Shown here piece by piece: positions 37,137 to 42,427 of a stretch of 42,427 nucleotides of DNA. Position 1 is the stretch's first letter; every line of letters starts with the position of its first letter. The translations under genes were made by a program, and so were the position numbers. The notes under the pieces are model-generated. The model was not told where the DNA came from and did not search any database. It was given only the letters and a program-made list of their open reading frames with translations. Source of the DNA: Myxococcota bacterium. Its GTDB lineage: Bacteria; Myxococcota; XYA12-FULL-58-9; JABJBS01. The DNA is taken from NCBI GenBank assembly GCA_036339465.1, contig JAYZAY010000048.1:1-42427 (forward strand), given 5' to 3'.

Positions 37137-39152
37137 ATGTTACGACGACCCTCCATCCTAACTTATTTGCTCTTTCTTTTGGTGTCTGAGCCTAGCCTCG
37201 CTGTGGATCCCACTGCATCACGGTCATCGAGAGCCAGCCTATCCATAGACTCCGATGGTGGAGCGAATGGCGCTCTTCGATTGCTGGCGAAAGCGGAAAC
37301 ATGGCTTCAGGCAGGTGATTTAACGAAGGCAGCGACGGAACTTGAGAGATTAGAGACCGAGGGAGAGCTGTCCGATGGTGAAAGACAATTACGGGCGTGG
37401 CTGGCCTTCGAGATGCAGGATTTCGGTTCGGTGGTGGAGTTATTGGAAGGCTTTGCGGAGACCGATGAAGAGCAGTTTCTCTTGGCTGCCTCCCAAGCGC
37501 GTTTCACAGGTGACGAAGGTGGTATTCATTGGCTTGAGAGGCTTTGGTGGCTCTCGCCTTCCACTATCTGGGGCGTTTGGGCTGTTAGGGAACTCGCGCA
37601 GTTAGAAGGGTTTAGAGATCTGTATACCAAGAGTGAGCGGAAGCTCTTATGGGCCGCTATCCCCCCACCAAAGTATCGGCTAAAGGCCCGAGGGGATACT
37701 ATCGCACGTCGTTCCCTGGGGCGTCTGTCTAAAACACGGCGGCCATTGAGAAGGCTAAAAGCGGAACTTTCCAATGCTCAGGCGCGCCGATACAGTTTTC
37801 AAGAAGATTGGCCGAGGGCTATGCGACTCTACGAATTGGCGAGGAAACGGGCGTTCAATCAACGATTTCGGCGGGCGGTGATGATTAATGTGGGTTTGGT
37901 GAGAAGGCAGCGTGGCATTTACCGAGGAGCGCTCAAAAATTTTGATTTAGCCATCGATGCGAGGGCAGATGATTTGGCCCGAATTGCCATGGCTCAGGCG
38001 GGGCAAACGGCGGTTGAGTATCGCCTTTACGACAAAGCTCTAGATTATTTTCACATGCAACTTCTCACCGATCCCCTAGGCCCTTACCGTGAAGATGCGC
38101 TGTGGGGACTTGGCTGGGTGAACTATCGTCGTGGTAATTTCCGAGAGGCGCGGCAATTTTTTCTCGCTCTTTTGGAAATGGAGCCCTTTGGTCAAAAGGC
38201 AGCTGCCAGTGTCTATTGGGCTGGAAGGTGCGCTCAGGAATTGGGGGATTTGGGTATAGCGGCGGGTGAATGGACCATGCTTATGCGGCGATTTCCGGTT
38301 TCGTATTACGCCCATCGCGCCAGTGAAGGTCTGGCCAAATTGTCGCCTCGTATTGTGGCTCTTAAGGCAGACTTACCCGTGGAAGATGAGGATGATCGGG
38401 TGGGAATGATTGGCGAATTGGTGGCGGCTGGCTTACATGATAAAGCTCTCAAACATATGCGTCAATTGGTTCCTTCTGCCAGAGAAAATGCCGGGCCTCG
38501 AACTTTGGAAAAGTTGAATCATATGGCACTAAATATTGGAGCTAGGTATTTGGCGGCGAAGTTTAGGGGAATTCGCAACCGCCGCTTCCCCCGTCCCGAT
38601 CAGACCACCATCCGGACTTTAGCTGCGAATTTTCCTCGTAGCTTCTTGGGTTTGATCGATCGAGAGGCATCGAAACGGCGTCTCGAAGAACCCTTGGTGG
38701 TGGCTTTGGTGCGGCAAGAAAGTGGTTTTAACTCGCGGGCGATTTCACCGATGGGTGCCATGGGCTTGATGCAGTTAATGCCCCAAACCGCGGCGGGACT
38801 GCTAGGGAGAGCTCATGCCGAGAAGAGTGTCAACCCAGAAGAGATTTTACGGCCTTCGACCAATGTCCGACTGGGTTGTCGTTATCTGAGTCGGCTGCTC
38901 AAGATGTTTGGTAATGTCGATGAGTTTGCCCTAGCAGCCTATAACGCTGGTCCTAGAGCGGTGAATCGATGGAGACGCCGAGGCGACAGCACAGTTGAAG
39001 TTTTTGTGGAAGAGATCCCCTACGATGAAACTCGAGACTACGTGAAGAAGGTTCTTTCTTGGAAGCGTAAGTACGAGTATTTACAAGGGTTGCGTTCCAA
39101 GAGAGCGAAAAGAGCCACGGGTGTGGCAAAAGTCCTAGGACAACCGGGCTAA
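37137..39152 (+). CDS. Slt70-like lytic transglycosylase with TPR repeats
   Basis: Signal peptide, TPR region, RQESGF, GAMGLMQLMP, AAYNAGP, IPYDETRDYVKKV. Confidence 0.93.
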   Translation: MLRRPSILTYLLFLLVSEPSLAVDPTASRSSRASLSIDSDGGANGALRLLAKAETWLQAGDLTKAATELERLETEGELSDGERQLRAWLAFEMQDFGSVVELLEGFAETDEEQFLLAASQARFTGDEGGIHWLERLWWLSPSTIWGVWAVRELAQLEGFRDLYTKSERKLLWAAIPPPKYRLKARGDTIARRSLGRLSKTRRPLRRLKAELSNAQARRYSFQEDWPRAMRLYELARKRAFNQRFRRAVMINVGLVRRQRGIYRGALKNFDLAIDARADDLARIAMAQAGQTAVEYRLYDKALDYFHMQLLTDPLGPYREDALWGLGWVNYRRGNFREARQFFLALLEMEPFGQKAAASVYWAGRCAQELGDLGIAAGEWTMLMRRFPVSYYAHRASEGLAKLSPRIVALKADLPVEDEDDRVGMIGELVAAGLHDKALKHMRQLVPSARENAGPRTLEKLNHMALNIGARYLAAKFRGIRNRRFPRPDQTTIRTLAANFPRSFLGLIDREASKRRLEEPLVVALVRQESGFNSRAISPMGAMGLMQLMPQTAAGLLGRAHAEKSVNPEEILRPSTNVRLGCRYLSRLLKMFGNVDEFALAAYNAGPRAVNRWRRRGDSTVEVFVEEIPYDETRDYVKKVLSWKRKYEYLQGLRSKRAKRATGVAKVLGQPG

Positions 39153-39219
39153 TCCGTAAAAAAATCTCTTGTCAGCGTCTGTTCTGGCGTTTATGCGCTC
39201 CTAAAGAGGCGAGTGAATC

Positions 39220-40353
39220 ATGGAAATATCAGAAAATCCCCTGGAATCGGCTTTACCGATTCTGGAATCCTTTTCCGCGGCTCCACCGGATGGTCGACCG
39301 AATCTTTTGGGTTACGCCCGAGAGGAATTGGAAGCTTTTGTAGAAGAGGCGGGTGAGAAAAAATTTCGGGCCACTCAGATATTTAAGGGAGTCTTCCAGC
39401 AGCGCTATTTTGATTTCGCTTCCTTTAGTACACTGTCGAAGGGCCTTCGGGCAGCAATTAAGGGGCAGTTTAGCTTGGCTCGACCGAAAGTGGGTCAATG
39501 CCAGGTTGCTGCCGATGGTACTCGGAAGTATCAATTCATCGGTGTGGATGGGTTGGCTTTTGAAGCTGTTTATATTCCGGAGGTTGCGAAGGGAAGTCGA
39601 ACCAATACCCTTTGTGTTTCCAGTCAAACCGGTTGTGCGGTGGGTTGTCGGTTCTGTTTCACAGCCTCTCTGAAGAGAAATCGCGATTTAGCGGCGGCGG
39701 AAATTGTGGGGCAGGTCATGGCGGTCCAGGATGATGTGGTGGCTTGTGACCCCGATGCTAGAGTGACGAATATTGTGTTTATGGGAATGGGGGAGCCCCT
39801 TCTAAATTACCAGCAAGTTATTCGAGCTTGCCGTATCCTTATGGATGAGCATGGGCTCAATTTTTCCAGTCGGAGAATCACGATTTCAACCTCGGGTATT
39901 GTGCCTCGGATCAATGATTTGGGTAAGGAATTGCCGACGCAGTTGGCCGTGTCGCTGAATGCTACGACCAATCCAATTCGAGATAGGATTATGCCCATCA
40001 ATCGAAAATGGCCCATTGAAGTACTGATAGAGGCCATGAAAAACTATCCGTTACCGAATCGTCGTCGAATTACGGTTGAATACGTGCTCCTGAAGGACGT
40101 AAACGATTCTCTCGATGACGCAGAAAGACTGATTGAACTACTCAGGGGTATTCCGGTGAAGGTTAATTTACTGCCTCTAAATGCCCACGAGCGAACAGAG
40201 TTTGAAATGCCCAGTCAACAACGCGTTGAAGCATTTCAGCGGACATTAAGAGATGCCAATGTGTTGGCGATTGTCCGAACGCCTAGGGGGCGGGATATTT
40301 CAGCGGCATGTGGTCAGTTGGGTGAAACTGTCTTTGCTCAAATTGCAAGCTGA
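39220..40353 (+). CDS. rlmN: 23S rRNA/tRNA m2A methyltransferase RlmN
   Basis: CVSSQTGCAVGCRFC radical SAM motif, FMGMGEP, AACGQL. Confidence 0.96.
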   Translation: MEISENPLESALPILESFSAAPPDGRPNLLGYAREELEAFVEEAGEKKFRATQIFKGVFQQRYFDFASFSTLSKGLRAAIKGQFSLARPKVGQCQVAADGTRKYQFIGVDGLAFEAVYIPEVAKGSRTNTLCVSSQTGCAVGCRFCFTASLKRNRDLAAAEIVGQVMAVQDDVVACDPDARVTNIVFMGMGEPLLNYQQVIRACRILMDEHGLNFSSRRITISTSGIVPRINDLGKELPTQLAVSLNATTNPIRDRIMPINRKWPIEVLIEAMKNYPLPNRRRITVEYVLLKDVNDSLDDAERLIELLRGIPVKVNLLPLNAHERTEFEMPSQQRVEAFQRTLRDANVLAIVRTPRGRDISAACGQLGETVFAQIAS

Positions 40354-40379
40354 CTTCCAACGAAGTGATGTGAGCTCTG

Positions 40380-41564
40380 GTGATGGGACATACAACGAGC
40401 AATATTAGCGACAGGAAAGTAGAAAAGATCTTGGCTGCAGCTCAAGACCTTGGGTTTGTTCGGGCCGGGATTGTCTCCGCTGATCGGAATCCACGTGCTC
40501 ATGAAGCTTGGAAGCAATGGGTGGACGAAGGATTTCATGGGAACATGGACTATATGGCTCGCTACGACCGCCGAGATGAACCTAGGCAGGTTCTAGAGCA
40601 GGTAAAGTCAATCATTGTGGTAGCGCTACCCTATCCTCGGCGAAACGATCTCTGCGATGTACCTACCGACGAGGCAGAAGGATATGTGGCCCGCTACGCG
40701 AGGGGCAAGGACTACCATGGTGTCTTTAAGGAGCGTTTGTGGGAATTGGCACAACGATGCTCAAACATTCTCGGCAGGGATATCATTGCCAGACCTTGCG
40801 TTGATACCGCACCTCTTTTGGAGAGGGAATTGGCGGCGAAGAGCGGGTTTGGCTTTATTGGCAAATCCTCGATGTTTATTATCCCTGGACAGGGCACCAA
40901 TGTCCTTTTGGGAGAGCTTTTGACGGATATAGAGTTGCCCTATTATGAGGTATCGGATGGGGCTTCTGGGTGTGGAAGTTGCACGAAGTGTTTGGATGAT
41001 TGCCCTACAAATGCTTTTGTGGGTCCCTATGTTTTGGATGCTCGTCGTTGTGTGTCTTATTTAACAATCGAACACAAGGACGAAATTCCTCGGGATTTGC
41101 GTGCCAAAATGGGGGAAATGATTTTCGGTTGTGATATTTGTCAGGATGTTTGTCCCTTCAACCGGAGTCCCCAGGAAAAAGTCTATGAGCCCTTATTTGC
41201 GGCGAAAGCGCATCTCAAATCGGTTGATTTACCTTCCCTGTTGAATATCGGGTCCGCGCAGTATCGGAAATTTGTTGCGGATACGGCTTTGCGGAGAGCG
41301 AGTCGAGCGCAGTTGGCTAGAAACGTGGCAGTGGCCTTAGGAAACAAGCGTTCAGAAAGAGGATTGGAGGCCCTCATTGAAGCATCCAACCATCTCTATC
41401 CCTTGGTGCGTGGCCACGTAGCGTGGGCGCTGGGACAGTATTTGGACCCAAGGGCTCTAGCAACACTAGAAGTGATGGTCGATGATGATGACCTCTATGT
41501 GATTGATGAAGCTCGTGCGGCGCTGGCTGGGCTAATGGCACTTATGGGACAAAACAATGGGTGA
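40380..41564 (+). CDS. queG: Epoxyqueuosine reductase QueG with a C-terminal HEAT region
   Basis: ARYARGKDYH, VDTAPLLER, CGSCTKCLDDCPT, RCVSYLTIE, FGCDICQDVCPFN, RNVAVALGN. Confidence 0.95.
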   Translation: MMGHTTSNISDRKVEKILAAAQDLGFVRAGIVSADRNPRAHEAWKQWVDEGFHGNMDYMARYDRRDEPRQVLEQVKSIIVVALPYPRRNDLCDVPTDEAEGYVARYARGKDYHGVFKERLWELAQRCSNILGRDIIARPCVDTAPLLERELAAKSGFGFIGKSSMFIIPGQGTNVLLGELLTDIELPYYEVSDGASGCGSCTKCLDDCPTNAFVGPYVLDARRCVSYLTIEHKDEIPRDLRAKMGEMIFGCDICQDVCPFNRSPQEKVYEPLFAAKAHLKSVDLPSLLNIGSAQYRKFVADTALRRASRAQLARNVAVALGNKRSERGLEALIEASNHLYPLVRGHVAWALGQYLDPRALATLEVMVDDDDLYVIDEARAALAGLMALMGQNNG

Positions 41565-42427
41565 GGAATTGGCGATTCGACGACGTGACTGTCTTCGATG
41601 TCATAAGCCTAAGCTTTTATGTATTTGTTCGTGGCTTGGTAGGATTCAGCATCGAACTGAGGTCACAATCTTGCAGGACCACCGGGAATTGAAACACGCG
41701 GTAGGGACGAGTCGACTTTTGCGTTTGGGGTTAGGTGCTTGCTCTGAATATCGAGTTTGGCGTGGTAAGCCTTTGCCGGACCGTGCTTTGGAAGATTTAC
41801 AGAGAGCTGACGCAATCCTTTTCCCCGCCGATGATTCTCAAGATCTCGAAGAGTTTATATCGGCGAAACCCCTGGAACATCTTGTCGTTTTGGATGGCAC
41901 TTGGGCCCAAGCAAAGGCCATGTACAAAGCATACCGTCCGCTTCGGGAACTGCCGGCGGTTAAATTGAAGTTGACGGTTCCAGGGGCTTATCGTTTGAGA
42001 AAGTCTCAAAAAGAGTATTACCGGTCGACGGTTGAGGCAGTCTGGCAAGCACTTAAAGTGCTTGAACCCGAAAATGAGTCCCTAGACAAACTATTGACTT
42101 GGTTTGAGCGGTTGCAGTTGGAACAAGAAAGGGTGGCTGAATCAAGAGGTGTGAATCCTCGTTCGAAAATCCGCAGACGCCCTTCCCATAAAGTTTCTAG
42201 AATGTTGAGGGAACGATTTTCTGATTTGGTGGCGGTTTATGGAGAGTTTTTTCGGTTTCCAAATATGGGAAAGGATTTGGTTCTGGCATTCATTTGTGCT
42301 TACCGATTCCGAGATCGAGAGGTTTTCCATAAATTTATTCGTTTCACCCCACACGGAAGTGATTTCTCGGCCTTACCCTTAGAACATTTAAAAATGTTCG
42401 AGCCAGAGCTCGATGGAGCATTTTCTC
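41557..42427 (+). CDS. DTW-domain tRNA-uridine aminocarboxypropyltransferase (TapT-like) with C-terminal extension; 3'-truncated by the window
   Basis: Missing from the ORF track because it has no stop. ATG 41557 overlaps the queG end; reads CLRCHKPKLLCIC, LQDHRE, LVVLDGTWAQA, YRLRK, STVEAV and stays open to the edge. Confidence 0.88.
   Translation, partial: MGEELAIRRRDCLRCHKPKLLCICSWLGRIQHRTEVTILQDHRELKHAVGTSRLLRLGLGACSEYRVWRGKPLPDRALEDLQRADAILFPADDSQDLEEFISAKPLEHLVVLDGTWAQAKAMYKAYRPLRELPAVKLKLTVPGAYRLRKSQKEYYRSTVEAVWQALKVLEPENESLDKLLTWFERLQLEQERVAESRGVNPRSKIRRRPSHKVSRMLRERFSDLVAVYGEFFRFPNMGKDLVLAFICAYRFRDREVFHKFIRFTPHGSDFSALPLEHLKMFEPELDGAFS

Overview
Bacterial chromosomal segment of about 50% GC. 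Gene content (a Cys-rich repeat exoprotein, a two-domain FKBP lipoprotein, a TPR-Slt, several myxobacteria-style hypotheticals) suggests a Myxococcota/deltaproteobacterial-type organism, which is an inference. It is mostly housekeeping: hisS, recQ, two ABC exporters, rlmKL, bfd with a Fur box, a PlsC-type acyltransferase, rmuC, dsbD-like, slyX, ogt, greB, elbB, prfC, rhomboid, add, tRNA-Gly(GCC), FKBP, Slt, rlmN, queG and a DTW-domain gene running off the right edge. Several decayed genes lie between them: an SpsF-like fragment, a GT2 glycosyltransferase, a class III cyclase and a possible MotB-like remnant. I found no integrase, transposase, reverse transcriptase, CRISPR array or defence system. 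The most notable unexplained signal is a ~141-nt structured RNA-like element (4821-4961, minus strand) just upstream of hisS. Next are a modular Cys-rich protein with a Kazal domain and recent internal duplication, and a receiver/RsbW-like kinase fusion whose phospho-acceptor Asp is replaced by Glu. All calls come from reading motifs by eye; no searches were run.
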